Assembly (NCBI GenBank): GCA_038063895.1
Contig: JBBTUG010000012.1
Span: forward strand, 78,165-142,164
DNA: 64,000 nt
Origin: Patescibacteria group bacterium
GTDB lineage: Bacteria > Patescibacteriota > WWE3 > JAMCXX01 > JBBTUG01
Reading direction: 5' to 3'
Position numbers and translations under genes: made by a program. The notes under the pieces are model-generated. The model was not told where the DNA came from and searched no databases. It was given only the letters and a program-made list of their open reading frames with translations. Below are positions 7,057 to 17,499 of this stretch, piece by piece; positions within the stretch are counted from its first letter, which is position 1, and the number at the start of each line of letters is the position of its first letter.

Positions 7057-7995
7057 TTATCCGGCCCGCCAACCCTGTTTCTTAAGAAGCTTGTCGACCT
7101 CGGAGACGGCCTTTTGCCCAAACCCGCGAAGTTTAAGTAATTCGTCGTCGCCCTTAGTCAGGAGCTCCTCAAGCGTCTTAATCTTGCCGGAAAGAATGGC
7201 GTTGGTCGTCCGGGTCGATAAACCTAAATCTTCAATCGGCATTTTTCTTTCCGACTCGGAGAGGGCTGTCGTTGTAAGCAGCGCCGGGGCGGCGGGAGTT
7301 TCTTCAATCACCCGCTCACCGCTAATAACTTTAAAGTATTCCAATATAATCATTGACGCTTTCTTTAGCGCGTCGGGGGCTGAAATCGTCCCATCAGTAG
7401 TAATCTCTAAAACCAGGCGGTCCAAATCAGTCTCGCGGCCAACCCGTGTCGGTTCCGTAGTATAGACGGCTGAAGTGACCGGGGAGTAAACGCTGTCGAG
7501 AACCAATACACCTATTTTTCCCGACGGGCGCTCTTCGGAAGCAACGTAACCGATTCCTTTTTCAGCGGTTAACTCAACGCAAAAGCGGGTCTTGCTGTCG
7601 GCCAAAGTCGCCAAGTGCAAATCCTTGTTAACGATCTCCGCATTTCCCAGCACTTCAAAGTCCCCCGCGGTCACGTCTTTAGGACCCTTAACGTCAACTT
7701 TTAAAGTAACGGGATTATCATCAAAAATTTTAATTCTTATCTTTTTGACGTTTAGGGAAAGCTGCACGGTATCTTCTTTCACTCCGGGAACGGAAGTAAA
7801 TTGGTGGGGTACCCCGTCGATCCGCATTTGGGTCACGGCAGCGCCGGGAAGCGAGGAAAGAAGAACCCGCCTAAGTGCGTTACCGATGGTGTCGGCATAA
7901 CCGGTCGGCAAAGGTTCAAAAACGAACTTACCGTAATTGGCTTTTTCCTCTTCGGTTTTTATCTTAAGTAAGTTAATTAACTGATCGATTACCAT
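7057..7995 (-). CDS. rpoA: DNA-directed RNA polymerase subunit alpha
   Basis: EPLPTGYADTIGNALRRVLLSSLPGAAVTQMRIDGV...; sits between rpsD and rplQ. Confidence 0.9.
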   Translation of the reverse strand: MVIDQLINLLKIKTEEEKANYGKFVFEPLPTGYADTIGNALRRVLLSSLPGAAVTQMRIDGVPHQFTSVPGVKEDTVQLSLNVKKIRIKIFDDNPVTLKVDVKGPKDVTAGDFEVLGNAEIVNKDLHLATLADSKTRFCVELTAEKGIGYVASEERPSGKIGVLVLDSVYSPVTSAVYTTEPTRVGRETDLDRLVLEITTDGTISAPDALKKASMIILEYFKVISGERVIEETPAAPALLTTTALSESERKMPIEDLGLSTRTTNAILSGKIKTLEELLTKGDDELLKLRGFGQKAVSEVDKLLKKQGWRAG

Positions 7996-8050
7996 AATTA
8001 TATTTAAATCAAAAAAAACCCGCCCGCCGTGCCGGAGGGGAAAATCCAGA

Positions 8051-8566
8051 CTACCTGCCTGAATAATACTCTAAAGCAAGGGTTTCGTCAATATCCGGCT
8101 CAATTTCCGTATTTTCAGGCAATCGGACGACCAAAACAGTCATTTTCTTCCGGTCAAGCTTTAACCATCCCGGCACTACGGCCTCTTCCGACAAGGAAAA
8201 ACGGGAAAGAGAAAGGGCATCGTCAACATTCAATAAATACGAAGCGGTCAAAACCCGGCGTCCGTTAACCTTAACCTTGCCGTGCCGGATCAGCTGTTTC
8301 GCATTGGCGCGGGAAGAAACCCCTATACGGTAAAGGACATTATCCAGCCTCCGCTCCAACAGGGTTAACAAAGAAACAACTCCGGATTTTTTTAGGCGCC
8401 GGAAAGCGACGACATAATTTTTAACCTGACGATCACGGATTAAGTAAGCCTGTTTTATTTTCCGGGCTTCTTTCAACCGCAGCGCGTATTCGGAAGGGCG
8501 GCGCATTCCCCGCCGTGATTTAACCGCTAAGTTGCCTGTTCGTTCTCTTGTAACTTGGTAAGCCAT
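8051..8566 (-). CDS. rpsD: 30S ribosomal protein S4
   Basis: LERRLDNVLYRIGVSSRANAKQLIRHGKVKVNGRRV is the S4 domain. Confidence 0.9.
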   Translation of the reverse strand: MAYQVTRERTGNLAVKSRRGMRRPSEYALRLKEARKIKQAYLIRDRQVKNYVVAFRRLKKSGVVSLLTLLERRLDNVLYRIGVSSRANAKQLIRHGKVKVNGRRVLTASYLLNVDDALSLSRFSLSEEAVVPGWLKLDRKKMTVLVVRLPENTEIEPDIDETLALEYYSGR

Positions 8567-8571
8567 AATAA

Positions 8572-8940
8572 TTAAACTCTTCGACGCTTTTTCGGCCGGC
8601 AGCCGTTGTGCGGCACCGGCGTAACGTCCGCGATAGAAGTAACCTGAAGTCCGCCGGTTTTCAACGATTTGATCGCTGCGTCCCGGCCCATCCCCGGCCC
8701 CTTAACAAAAACAGCTACTTCTTTAAGCCCGGCTTCGACCGCTTTCTTGGCCGCCGCAGAGGCCGCCGCTGAGGCAGCAAACGGGGTGGACCGGCGGGAA
8801 CCGGAAAAACCGACCGCGCCCGGAGTGGACCAGCAAAGAGTTTGTCCCTCACTATCCGTAATAGTTATCGTCGTATTGTTAAACCCACTGGTAATAAATA
8901 CTTTTCCGATACTGGATTTTAAAACTTTTTTCTTTTCCAT
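8572..8940 (-). CDS. rpsK: 30S ribosomal protein S11
   Basis: [30 protein letters not shown]...[14 protein letters not shown]. Confidence 0.9.
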   Translation of the reverse strand: MEKKKVLKSSIGKVFITSGFNNTTITITDSEGQTLCWSTPGAVGFSGSRRSTPFAASAAASAAAKKAVEAGLKEVAVFVKGPGMGRDAAIKSLKTGGLQVTSIADVTPVPHNGCRPKKRRRV

Positions 8941-8988
8941 AATCTTAATAGGTCCTTCGTCGAAGACTCCTCGGGATTAATTCGATCA

Positions 8989-9014
8989 CCGAAAAACTCA
9001 ACTGAGTTTTTCGG
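8989..9014 (-). other. Stable 11-bp stem-loop in the rpsM-rpsK intercistronic region; no U-tract, so not a terminator. Possible processing or regulatory hairpin.
   Basis: ccgaaaaactc/gagtttttcgg form a perfect inverted repeat with a 4-nt loop. Confidence 0.5.
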
Positions 9015-9020
9015 ATCTCA

Positions 9021-9392
9021 TCAAACTTTTCTAATTCCGCCGATTGCCGATCGCCGGCCTTTCTTCGTCCGGGCATTAGTTTTTGTCCGCTGGCCATATA
9101 CCGGAAGACCTTTAATGTGACGCAACCCCCGGTAGCTACTGATCTCTTTCAATCGTTTAATATTTGTCGCTTCAATCCGCCGCAATTCCCCTTCCACCGG
9201 AAACTTTTTTTCAATTATGTCTTTTATCCGGAGAACCTGCTCTTCGGTCAGGTTTTTCGCCCTAAGGTTAGGGTCTATTTTTGCCTCAGCTAAAACTACA
9301 TTCGACAGAGCCCGCCCGATCCCGTACATATAGGTCAGAGCAATTTCGATTCTTTTGTCGTTAGGAATGTCAACGCTGGAAATCCGTACCAT
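9021..9392 (-). CDS. rpsM: 30S ribosomal protein S13
   Basis: MVRISSVDIPNDKRIEIALTYMYGIGRALSN.... Confidence 0.9.
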   Translation of the reverse strand: MVRISSVDIPNDKRIEIALTYMYGIGRALSNVVLAEAKIDPNLRAKNLTEEQVLRIKDIIEKKFPVEGELRRIEATNIKRLKEISSYRGLRHIKGLPVYGQRTKTNARTKKGRRSAIGGIRKV

Positions 9393-9405
9393 ATTTTAAA
9401 ATTCC

Positions 9406-9519
9406 TTACCCCTGCCGCTGCTTATGTTTCGGGTTTTTACAGATAACCCTAACCACTCCGCCCCGGCGGACAATTTTACAATCTTTACAAATTTTCTTGA
9501 CCGAAGATCTGACTTTCAT
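9406..9519 (-). CDS. rpmJ: 50S ribosomal protein L36 (37 aa; below the ORF-track length cutoff)
   Basis: Manual translation gives [37 protein letters not shown] with the C..C...C zinc ribbon, between infA and rpsM. Confidence 0.85.
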   Translation of the reverse strand: MKVRSSVKKICKDCKIVRRGGVVRVICKNPKHKQRQG

Positions 9520-9531
9520 ATCTTTAGTAAT

Positions 9532-9750
9532 TTAGCGATACCGGTAAGTAACCCGACCCCGCTTAGGGTCATAAGGCGTAACCACCAAACGCACCCGATC
9601 CCCAAGCAATATTTTTATAAAATGCAGTCTCATTTTTCCGGAGACGTGGGCTAAAACCTCGCGGCCGTCAACGAGTTCGACCCGAAACATCATATTTGGC
9701 AATGCCTCTTTAACTACCCCATCAATTTCACTAACTGCCTCTTTCACCAT
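9532..9750 (-). CDS. infA: Translation initiation factor IF-1
   Basis: [31 protein letters not shown]... Confidence 0.9.
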   Translation of the reverse strand: MVKEAVSEIDGVVKEALPNMMFRVELVDGREVLAHVSGKMRLHFIKILLGDRVRLVVTPYDPKRGRVTYRYR

Positions 9751-9763
9751 AGAATAGAATAGT

Positions 9764-10558
9764 TTAACAGATATCTAAAGTGTTTGTCAACACTATAGGA
9801 CCGCCCGACCCAATAGTGACAGTTTGTTCAAATAATCCGCCCAATTTCCCGTCTAGCGTCCTAATTGTCCAGCCGTCTTTCTCCACCGCTAAATTGAAAG
9901 ACCCTTCGGTGTAAATAACCTCAATGGCTAAGGTCATCCCTTCCTTCAAGTGCAGACCTGACCCTTTATTCCCAAAACAGGGAATCGCCGGATCTTCGTG
10001 TAACTCCCGCCCGATTCCGTGACCGACTAAGTCCCGGACAACATTATACCCATGGCTTTCGATTGTCTGCTGAATGACCGAGGAGACGTCACCCACGCGG
10101 TTGCCAACCTTACACTGACCGATTGCACTGTTCAGCGCCTCACGTCCGACGGCTAAAAAGGACAGCCTTTTCGAAAGGTCTTCTTTTGAAAACTCTGACT
10201 CATTCGCCACTGTCTTCCCACCGACCACAACCGTCCAGGAAATATCGGAGTGAAAACCTCGATAGTATACACCAAGATCGACCGAAAGCAAATCACCGTT
10301 TTTTAAAATCCGGCCGTTAGGGATCCCGTGAACAACCCCTTCATTAAGGTTAAGACAGGTAGAAAACTTATATCCCTCAAACCCTTTAAACGACGGGACG
10401 GCGCCGGCAGCCAATATTTTCTGCCCGGCCAACCGGTCAAGCTGCCGCAGAGTCATCCCCGCGTGCGCTTCCCCGATGACCTCTCTTAAAGCTTGGGCGG
10501 CGATCTTCCCGCCCGTTGCCATTATCTCAATTTCCTCGTCCGTCTTAATTGTTATCAT
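9764..10558 (-). CDS. map: Type I methionine aminopeptidase
   Basis: [31 protein letters not shown]...[11 protein letters not shown]. Confidence 0.9.
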   Translation of the reverse strand: MITIKTDEEIEIMATGGKIAAQALREVIGEAHAGMTLRQLDRLAGQKILAAGAVPSFKGFEGYKFSTCLNLNEGVVHGIPNGRILKNGDLLSVDLGVYYRGFHSDISWTVVVGGKTVANESEFSKEDLSKRLSFLAVGREALNSAIGQCKVGNRVGDVSSVIQQTIESHGYNVVRDLVGHGIGRELHEDPAIPCFGNKGSGLHLKEGMTLAIEVIYTEGSFNLAVEKDGWTIRTLDGKLGGLFEQTVTIGSGGPIVLTNTLDIC

Positions 10559-11149
10559 TTATATTGATTCTGCCACTCGGCCAAGAATAAGGCGGTTGAC
10601 CGCTTCAGTCGATTGACTGTTATCAACCCGAGAAAGGATTCCCCGTTCTTCATAATATTTAATAATCGGCGAGATGGTCTCTTTGTAGGCGTTAAACCGG
10701 GACTGAATTATCGCAAGGGAGCTATCATCCGCCCGGACTTTACCGGTGACCGCTTTGTCGTTTTCCGCCCGGACCCGGAGACGATCTAAGGCAATCGCAT
10801 CCGGCGTATCCAAATAAAAAACGAGACGGATTTTCTGACTTTTATCACTAAGAAAAACATCCAGGAGTTTGGCCTGACCGGTGGTCCGCGGCCAGCCCTC
10901 GAGGACAAAGCCATGTCCGAGAGCGGTTTCCAGTTCCGGCTTTAGTAGCTTAAAAGCAATCGGGGTCGGAACCCATTTACCTTTTCCCCAGTAATTTTTA
11001 AAGGCGGAAATCCCAAGAGGAGTATTTTTTTCCAGCTCGTGCCGGAAAAGCCGGCCGGAGGAGATATGCGTCAGGTCCAAATCTTTGGCCAGCAAAGCGG
11101 CTTGGGTACTTTTCCCACACCCCGACAAACCCAAGATAATGAAGTTCAT
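10559..11149 (-). CDS. adk: Adenylate kinase
   Basis: MNFIILGLSGCGKSTQAALLAKDL... P-loop NMP kinase in the canonical position after secY/map. Confidence 0.8.
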   Translation of the reverse strand: MNFIILGLSGCGKSTQAALLAKDLDLTHISSGRLFRHELEKNTPLGISAFKNYWGKGKWVPTPIAFKLLKPELETALGHGFVLEGWPRTTGQAKLLDVFLSDKSQKIRLVFYLDTPDAIALDRLRVRAENDKAVTGKVRADDSSLAIIQSRFNAYKETISPIIKYYEERGILSRVDNSQSTEAVNRLILGRVAESI

Positions 11150-11198
11150 TTCCTCTTGATTCTAGCACAACTAAGCCGTAAATCAAAGGGAGAGGTGT

Positions 11199-12470
11199 CT
11201 AAGTTCCTTCCTGCCACGAGGCCAGGTAGGCTTTCTGCTCCGAGGTTAGAGAGTCGATTTGGATCCCCATCGCCTTGAGTTTTAAGGCGGCAATTTCAGC
11301 GTCGGCGTCGGCCGGGAGAGTGTAAACACCCGCTTGAAGTTTTCCTTTGTTTATCACCAGGTACTCGGCCGCCAAAGCCTGGTTGGCAAAGGACATATCC
11401 ATTACCTCGGCGGGATGGCCTTCGGCGGCAGCGAGGTTAACCAAACGGCCTTCTGCCAAAATATTTATTTTTCGGCCATCTTTTAAAGTGTACTCGTCAA
11501 CAAATTGCCGGATGTTCCGTTTCTTCACCGCCATTTTTTCCAGGGCCGGAATATTAAATTCGACATTGAAGTGGCCGGTGTTGCAAACAATTACACCATT
11601 TTTCATAGCATTAAAATCCTTTTCATTAATTACATTTTTATCCCCGGTGGCTGTAATAAAAATATCACCAATTTTGGCCGCCGGGAAAATCGGCATTACC
11701 CGGAAACCATCCATTACGGCCTCCAAGGCCTTTAGAGGATCAACTTCGGTGACAATTACGTTGGCCCCCATTCCTCGGGCTTTAGCAGCTACTCCCCGCC
11801 CGCACCAACCGTAACCGCAGGTTACAAAGGTCTTGCCCGCCAGTAAGACGTTGGTAGCCCTTAATATTCCATCCAAAGAGGACTGCCCTGTGCCATAGCG
11901 GTTATCAAAAAGGTGCTTGGTCAGGGAATCGTTCACAGCAATCACCGGTAATTTTAACGCCCCCGCGGCGTCCATCGCCTTCAGCCGGATTACCCCTGTG
12001 GTTGTTTCCTCGCTACTGCCGACCATAACGGATAGTTGCTTAGGACGGTGGCGGTGCAGGTCGGAAACCAAATCCGCCCCGTCATCCATCGTCAGGTTTG
12101 GTTTTTGGTCGAGAACTGCAGAAAGATGGCGGTAATAGGTTTTGGTGTCTTCGCCTTTAATAGCAAAAACGGGAATATTAAAATCCTTAACGAGAGAGGC
12201 CGCGACGTCATCTTGAGTTGAGAGAGGGTTGCTCGCACACAGAAACAGTTTCGCTCCCCCGGCTTGTAAAGTAAGCATGAGATTAGCCGTCTCCGCGGTT
12301 ACATGCAAACAGGCGCCAATAACTAACCTCTTCAGCGGTCTGGTTTTCTTAAAACGCTCACCAATCAGTTTTAGAACGGGCATCTCCCGACCCGCCCATT
12401 CGATTCTTAGTCGTCCTTTAACGGATAATTGTAAATCTTTAACGTCGTAAGTTTGCATTTCGATTTTCAA
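11199..12470 (-). CDS. ahcY: S-adenosyl-L-homocysteine hydrolase (adenosylhomocysteinase)
   Basis: NAD-binding [34 protein letters not shown] plus conserved HxTxE-type regions; 423 aa. Confidence 0.85.
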   Translation of the reverse strand: MKIEMQTYDVKDLQLSVKGRLRIEWAGREMPVLKLIGERFKKTRPLKRLVIGACLHVTAETANLMLTLQAGGAKLFLCASNPLSTQDDVAASLVKDFNIPVFAIKGEDTKTYYRHLSAVLDQKPNLTMDDGADLVSDLHRHRPKQLSVMVGSSEETTTGVIRLKAMDAAGALKLPVIAVNDSLTKHLFDNRYGTGQSSLDGILRATNVLLAGKTFVTCGYGWCGRGVAAKARGMGANVIVTEVDPLKALEAVMDGFRVMPIFPAAKIGDIFITATGDKNVINEKDFNAMKNGVIVCNTGHFNVEFNIPALEKMAVKKRNIRQFVDEYTLKDGRKINILAEGRLVNLAAAEGHPAEVMDMSFANQALAAEYLVINKGKLQAGVYTLPADADAEIAALKLKAMGIQIDSLTSEQKAYLASWQEGT

Positions 12471-12472
12471 GA

Positions 12473-13498
12473 CTACTCATTATAGATGATTCGGGCCGAT
12501 AACTTAAAGTAGTTTTTTGCCTCTTTAACCAATTTCCCTCTTTCCTTTACAGACAAATTAAATGAGTCACTACGCATCAAAGCAACTTTTCCACGGATAA
12601 ATGCGCGATAAGCTTCATAAAAACGTAGGAGGCCAGAACTAACTATTTCGTAATCGGCAGTTTCTTTCAGGTAACTAGCAATTAAGATCTTAGCCATATC
12701 GCATCTGCCCAAGTATTTTAAATCCATCGATAGGAAAGCAATATCAGCAGCACAGTCTAGACAACTCAGCTCTTTGTTAAACTCAATAGCATCAAAAATT
12801 ACCGGAAAAGTCCGACTGCCTTTTCGACCAACGAAGATGTTTCCCGTGTGCAAATCGCCGTGACCATCTCTGATCCGTCCTTTTTTGACCCGATTATCAA
12901 ACAAGCTTCTATTGTTATCTAAAAATAAATGAACTGATTCTTTGAGTCTTTTGTAGTCGGGGGAAGAAATAAAAACGCCAACGAACTTTTCTGTTTGATC
13001 AAAATTCTGCTGCCAAAACTTTTTAACACTTCGGTAACCACCAAAACGGCCGGTCTTTTCAGCTTTTAAGACTTGATGAAAGTGAGCAAGCTGCTTACCC
13101 AATGCCACGAAAAACTTCCTTCCAACTTTCTTCCGTTTAAGCACAATCGAAAGCTTATCTTTTTCTTCGAGGCGAACCATCTTAAGAGCATAATCAACAA
13201 TATTTCCCGTATTTGAACCGAATAATACGGTCCCGTGTTTTTCGGTAACAGGTAAAACGTGAACATAGAGGTCAGGACTCAGAAGGCTATTCTTTGAAAG
13301 CTCTCCCAAACAAAAAAGCTTACGACTAGAGATCTTCTGATAATCACAAAAACCGAGGTCAACCGGTTTCTTGGTCTTATAGACAAAATCGTCAGTGAGA
13401 TAAAGTCTGGAAATTAGGGTATCAATTACTTCAAGAGTGTGTGTTGGCTCCTCAAACGAGTTCCTATTTATGAAACGGGTATAGTCGGTGGTAACCAC
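12473..13498 (-). CDS. Protein-kinase-like phosphotransferase (APH / 5-methylthioribose kinase-like)
   Basis: Catalytic loop [10 protein letters not shown] and DFG-like [12 protein letters not shown]; the gene sits in an AT-rich segment. Confidence 0.6.
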   Translation of the reverse strand: MVTTDYTRFINRNSFEEPTHTLEVIDTLISRLYLTDDFVYKTKKPVDLGFCDYQKISSRKLFCLGELSKNSLLSPDLYVHVLPVTEKHGTVLFGSNTGNIVDYALKMVRLEEKDKLSIVLKRKKVGRKFFVALGKQLAHFHQVLKAEKTGRFGGYRSVKKFWQQNFDQTEKFVGVFISSPDYKRLKESVHLFLDNNRSLFDNRVKKGRIRDGHGDLHTGNIFVGRKGSRTFPVIFDAIEFNKELSCLDCAADIAFLSMDLKYLGRCDMAKILIASYLKETADYEIVSSGLLRFYEAYRAFIRGKVALMRSDSFNLSVKERGKLVKEAKNYFKLSARIIYNE

Positions 13499-13507
13499 AA
13501 CTTGAAA

Positions 13508-13774
13508 TTAAAGCCCGGGGATGCCAAGGTCGCCTAAGTCGCCCTGGACTTTTTTCGCCGCTTTCTTTTGGACATCTTTCAGCGCCCGGTTAAGAACGTC
13601 TTTTACCCGATCGTTCTTTTCCCCGTCAATCACAATCTCCTCAACGTGCTGATCGCCGCGGATAATTATTTTAATTCCCTTTTCTTCAATTTCAGCCGTT
13701 ACCGCCGCCATTTTCCGGCGCATATCATCCGACTTTCTTTTTAATTCGTAAAGATTTTTTATTTTATCCAACAT
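13508..13774 (-). CDS. ybaB: YbaB/EbfC family nucleoid-associated DNA-binding protein
   Basis: About 88 aa, ...IIIRGDQHVEEIVIDGEKN...DLGDLGIPGL C-terminal GLPG-like tail. Confidence 0.7.
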   Translation of the reverse strand: MLDKIKNLYELKRKSDDMRRKMAAVTAEIEEKGIKIIIRGDQHVEEIVIDGEKNDRVKDVLNRALKDVQKKAAKKVQGDLGDLGIPGL

Positions 13775-13779
13775 AGGAA

Positions 13780-15060
13780 TTAGTGCAAAAATCCCTCATA
13801 ATCGCGGACGACCATCAGGGAATCGACTTGCCGCAACGTTTCCAAAATAACCGAAACTACGATCAGTATACTACTCCCGCCGATAGTCAGGGAGAAAACA
13901 TTGGTGTAACCCGAAAGGAGAGATGGAATAACCGCGACGGCTCCGAGGAAAACGGCGCCGGCTAAAGTTACCCGGACCAGCACCCAGCTTAAATAATCGG
14001 TTGTCGGCCGGCCGGGACGGATACCGGGAATAAAACCACCGTATTTTTTTATTTCGCCGGAGATTTTTTCGGGGTTAAACGTCACCGCCGTATAAAAATA
14101 AGTAAAGGCCACGACAGCGAGAAAATAGAAAACATTGTAAGAGAGACTGCTTTGGTCAAAAAAAGCCAGCATCTTCCGAGACAGGTCCTGCCAAAGTGGA
14201 TTGGCCAGGGAGCCTATGAAACGGGCGGCAATCGTGGGCAGTAAAATCAGGGAGAGAGCAAAGATAATCGGAATCATTCCCGCCTGGTTAACCCGGAGCG
14301 GCAAATAGGTCGATTGGGTCTGGTAGGTCAGACTGCCCCGGACCCGGCGGGCGTATTGAACCGGAATCCGCCGGACCCCTTCGTTAATAAAAACAACTGC
14401 CGCGATGAGTAAAACCGCCCCGCCGATAATAAAGCCGAAGGTCAGGAAATTTTCGGGGGTTAAAGTCGCTAAACTTTGGCCGACGGAAGTGACAACACCG
14501 GAAAGAATTGAGCCGAGGATGATCATCGAAATCCCGTTGCCGATCCCATACTCGGAAACCAGCTCTCCCAACCACATTAATAATACCGTTCCGGCAGTTA
14601 ACGTAATTATTAGAACCATCAGGGAAAACGGGTCCAAATTGTTAACAATCCCCTGGCTTTGAAAAAGCGCGTAGGTCGCGTAGCCCTGTAACGCGGACAA
14701 AGGCACGGCCAGAAAACGCGTGTACTGATTAATCCTTTCCCGCCCGTACTCACCCTCTTTCGACAGCTCCTCCAGTTTCGGAAAAACCATCGTCAGCAAC
14801 TGAATAATAATTGAAGCGTTAATGTACGGATTAAGGCCTAAAGCGGCAATCGAAAAATTCTGCAGCCCGCCGCCGGAAAATAAATTAAAGAAACCGAAAA
14901 TAGCGTACCGGTCGAGAAGCTGTTGCAGCGCGGGCAAATTAACGACGGGAATCGGCAGATGGGAAATTAAACGGAAAACAGCAAAGATAAATAGCGTGAA
15001 TAAGATGCGGCGGCGCACCTGAGGAACGGAAAAAATATTTCTAAACGCGGAAACCCACAT
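13780..15060 (-). CDS. secY: Preprotein translocase SecY
   Basis: 426 aa with 10 predicted TM helices, in the canonical position after rplO. Confidence 0.9.
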   Translation of the reverse strand: MWVSAFRNIFSVPQVRRRILFTLFIFAVFRLISHLPIPVVNLPALQQLLDRYAIFGFFNLFSGGGLQNFSIAALGLNPYINASIIIQLLTMVFPKLEELSKEGEYGRERINQYTRFLAVPLSALQGYATYALFQSQGIVNNLDPFSLMVLIITLTAGTVLLMWLGELVSEYGIGNGISMIILGSILSGVVTSVGQSLATLTPENFLTFGFIIGGAVLLIAAVVFINEGVRRIPVQYARRVRGSLTYQTQSTYLPLRVNQAGMIPIIFALSLILLPTIAARFIGSLANPLWQDLSRKMLAFFDQSSLSYNVFYFLAVVAFTYFYTAVTFNPEKISGEIKKYGGFIPGIRPGRPTTDYLSWVLVRVTLAGAVFLGAVAVIPSLLSGYTNVFSLTIGGSSILIVVSVILETLRQVDSLMVVRDYEGFLH

Positions 15061-15066
15061 TGTATC

Positions 15067-15504
15067 CTAAGTTAAGCTGCCGCCGGCAGCCTCAATTTTT
15101 TTCCGGGCCGCAGCGGAAGCTAAAAAACCTTTAAAATTCAGCTTTTTCTTTAAGTCACCCTGGCTAAGGATTTTAACTTTACCCTTGATGCTTTTTCGAA
15201 TAATCTTCAACCGCTGGAGATCCGCCACCGTAACGTCCTGTCCTGATTCCAGTTTGGCAAAACTTCTAAGGGAGATGGCAAAAGGCTGCGGACGGTGGGA
15301 ATGAAACTTAGGCAGTTGTGGCAACCGCCAGACTAAGGGCTGCTGACCGCCTTCGAAAGACTGCTTGACGGTCTCCCTCGCCCCCTGCCCTTTTTGTCCC
15401 CGCCCTGAAGTGTGGCGTCCCTTTCCGCTGCCGTAACCGCGACCAACTCTCTTTTTTGTCCGGCGCTTCGATCCTAGTTTTGGCAGACTATTTAAGTTAA
15501 TCAT
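15067..15504 (-). CDS. rplO: 50S ribosomal protein L15
   Basis: GRGYGSGKGRHTSGRGQKGQ. Confidence 0.9.
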   Translation of the reverse strand: MINLNSLPKLGSKRRTKKRVGRGYGSGKGRHTSGRGQKGQGARETVKQSFEGGQQPLVWRLPQLPKFHSHRPQPFAISLRSFAKLESGQDVTVADLQRLKIIRKSIKGKVKILSQGDLKKKLNFKGFLASAAARKKIEAAGGSLT

Positions 15505-16028
15505 TAGATTTTTTTACCTCCCGGAGCGCCAGTTTTCCAGCGAAGAGACTGCAAAGCCTTAAAAGTTGCCGCGATATTACTGGCCTTATTATTGGTGCCC
15601 AAAATCTTTGCCGTCACATCCCGGATACCCGCAAGATGCAAAATAGCCCTGACCGGACCGCCGGCGATAAGTCCTGTGCCCTTCGGAGCGGGTTTAAACA
15701 GTATTTGCGCGGCGCCTTCTTTGACTAGAACCGAGTGGGGAATACTGCCGCCGGAAACCACCGTAATAATGTTTTTCTTCGCCCGGCTAGTCGCTTTTTG
15801 GACGGCGGACGGAACTTCGGCGGCTTTGCCCAGTCCAACCCCGACCCGGCCCTTACGGTCGCCAATGGCCATTAACACCGCGAAACTAACCCGATTTCCG
15901 CCCTTCGTTTTTTTCGAAACGCGGTTCACCTGGATTACTTTCTCCTCAAATTCTTTTACTTGTTGGTCGTAAGCCGGTCTCATAAGATAATTAGAAAAGT
16001 AAACCACCCTTCCGGGCACCCTCGGCAA
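15504..16028 (-). CDS. rpsE: 30S ribosomal protein S5 (true start may be an internal Met; no L30 gene follows)
   Basis: EKVIQVNRVSKKTKGGNRVSFAVLMAIGDRKGRVGVGLGKAAEVPSAVQKA. Confidence 0.9.
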   Translation of the reverse strand: MPRVPGRVVYFSNYLMRPAYDQQVKEFEEKVIQVNRVSKKTKGGNRVSFAVLMAIGDRKGRVGVGLGKAAEVPSAVQKATSRAKKNIITVVSGGSIPHSVLVKEGAAQILFKPAPKGTGLIAGGPVRAILHLAGIRDVTAKILGTNNKASNIAATFKALQSLRWKTGAPGGKKI

Positions 16029-16377
16029 CTGCTTTTATACGCCCATGATAACGGAACTCCCCCCGATCAAAAACAACCTTATCAATCCCCGCTCCAAGCG
16101 CTTTTTTAGCTAAAGCGCCACCGACTAACTCCGCTTTTTGGAGTTTGGTTAATTTATCCTTGACCTCAAGACTACGGTCATCAGAACAGAGAAGGGTTCT
16201 CTGAGTTTTATCATCAATTAACTGCGCGTAAATATACTTGCTCGAACGGAAAACCGATAAACGGGGCCGGTCGCAGTGGCCGCGGATCGCTCCGCGGTTG
16301 CGCCGGGCTCTTTGCCGACTCCGAAGAATTGCATCTTTTGTTTCGCCGATGACTTCGATCATATTATTTGGCTCCAA
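15991..16377 (-). CDS. rplR: 50S ribosomal protein L18
   Basis: RPRLSVFRSSKYIYAQLIDD. Confidence 0.9.
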   Translation of the reverse strand: MEPNNMIEVIGETKDAILRSRQRARRNRGAIRGHCDRPRLSVFRSSKYIYAQLIDDKTQRTLLCSDDRSLEVKDKLTKLQKAELVGGALAKKALGAGIDKVVFDRGEFRYHGRIKAVAEGARKGGLLF

Positions 16378-16924
16378 AACCGGTGCCGACCTTACCTGCT
16401 TTACCGGCCTTTTTCCGTAAAATTTCGCCTGCGTACTTGATTCCTTTTCCTTTATACGGCTCGGGGGGACGGACGGCTCTTATTTTCGCCGCAACTTCCC
16501 CAACCAGTTGTTTATCAAGACCGTGAACTTTTATTTTTGTGTCTCCCTCCAAACTGAAGGAGATACTCTCCGGCGGCAGAATCTTCACCGGATGGGAAAA
16601 ACCGACGGTTAAAATCAGAGCCTCGCCGTCTTTTTTCGCCCGGTAACCGACCCCGGAAAGCTCCAGGCCGCGGATAAACCCGTCGGAAACCCCCGTCAGG
16701 GCGTTGGCCAATTTCGTCCGGTACAATCCCCAGAGGCTTCTAATATCCTGGGTGTCTTCCGAAATACTAAGAGTTATGCTCCCGTCGGTTAGAACCACGT
16801 TCAGGCTGGCGGGCAAGTTTAAAACCAATGTCCCCTTGCTCCCGCTAAGGGTTATAACCGAGTCCTCAATTTTACACTTAACTTCTGCGGGAAGTAATAC
16901 CGCTTTTTTTCCGATTCTTGACAT
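16364..16924 (-). CDS. rplF: 50S ribosomal protein L6
   Basis: MSRIGKKAVLLPAEVK... two-domain L6. Confidence 0.9.
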   Translation of the reverse strand: MSRIGKKAVLLPAEVKCKIEDSVITLSGSKGTLVLNLPASLNVVLTDGSITLSISEDTQDIRSLWGLYRTKLANALTGVSDGFIRGLELSGVGYRAKKDGEALILTVGFSHPVKILPPESISFSLEGDTKIKVHGLDKQLVGEVAAKIRAVRPPEPYKGKGIKYAGEILRKKAGKAGKVGTGFGAK

Positions 16925-16925
16925 A

Positions 16926-17318
16926 TTATTTTAAGATACACAACACTTCGCCACCCAAAGATTTGCGGTGGGCTTCTTTTCCGGAAAGGACCCCGCGGGA
17001 AGTAGAAACGATGACTACCCCTTCACGGGAAAGCTTCCGGAGCTGGTCACTTCCGCGGTATATCCGGCGGCCGGGTTTCGAGAGATGATCAATGCGGTTA
17101 AACAACGGTTGCTGGTTTTCCCCATACGCCAAGTCTAAATGAAGTTTTATTCGGGAACCTTCTTTAAATTTCTTCACTTGGGATAAATAACCGGTTTCCT
17201 TAAGAACCCCGGCAACCGTTTCGACGAAACGGGAATAAGGAATCTCTAAAGAAGCTTCTTTGACCGCAGCGGCATTTCGGAAGCGGGCGATAAAATCGCC
17301 GATTGGATCGTTTACCAT
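16926..17318 (-). CDS. rpsH: 30S ribosomal protein S8
   Basis: [16 protein letters not shown].... Confidence 0.9.
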   Translation of the reverse strand: MVNDPIGDFIARFRNAAAVKEASLEIPYSRFVETVAGVLKETGYLSQVKKFKEGSRIKLHLDLAYGENQQPLFNRIDHLSKPGRRIYRGSDQLRKLSREGVVIVSTSRGVLSGKEAHRKSLGGEVLCILK

Positions 17319-17497
17319 GATGCTTTTCTCATTCCGGGCAACTCACCCTTTAAGGCCAACTCGCGAAAACAGATACGGCAAACACCGAATTTTCGGATAT
17401 ACGCACGGGGACGGCCGCAAAGTTTGCAGCGGTTGTAGGCGCGGACTTTATATTTCGGAGTTCTAAGTTGTTTCGCAATTAACGATTTTTTCGCCAT
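17312..17497 (-). CDS. rpsZ: 30S ribosomal protein S14 type Z (zinc-binding)
   Basis: 61 aa with CKLCGRP...CRIC. Confidence 0.9.
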   Translation of the reverse strand: MAKKSLIAKQLRTPKYKVRAYNRCKLCGRPRAYIRKFGVCRICFRELALKGELPGMRKASW

Positions 17498-17499
17498 AA

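Noticed and set aside
11150-11198. Promoter (TTGATT-16-TAGAAT with TGn) upstream of adk
   Set aside because: The -10 box ends about 9 nt before the ATG, which would give a leaderless mRNA that excludes the apparent AAGAGGA RBS. The two readings are inconsistent, so it is not called.
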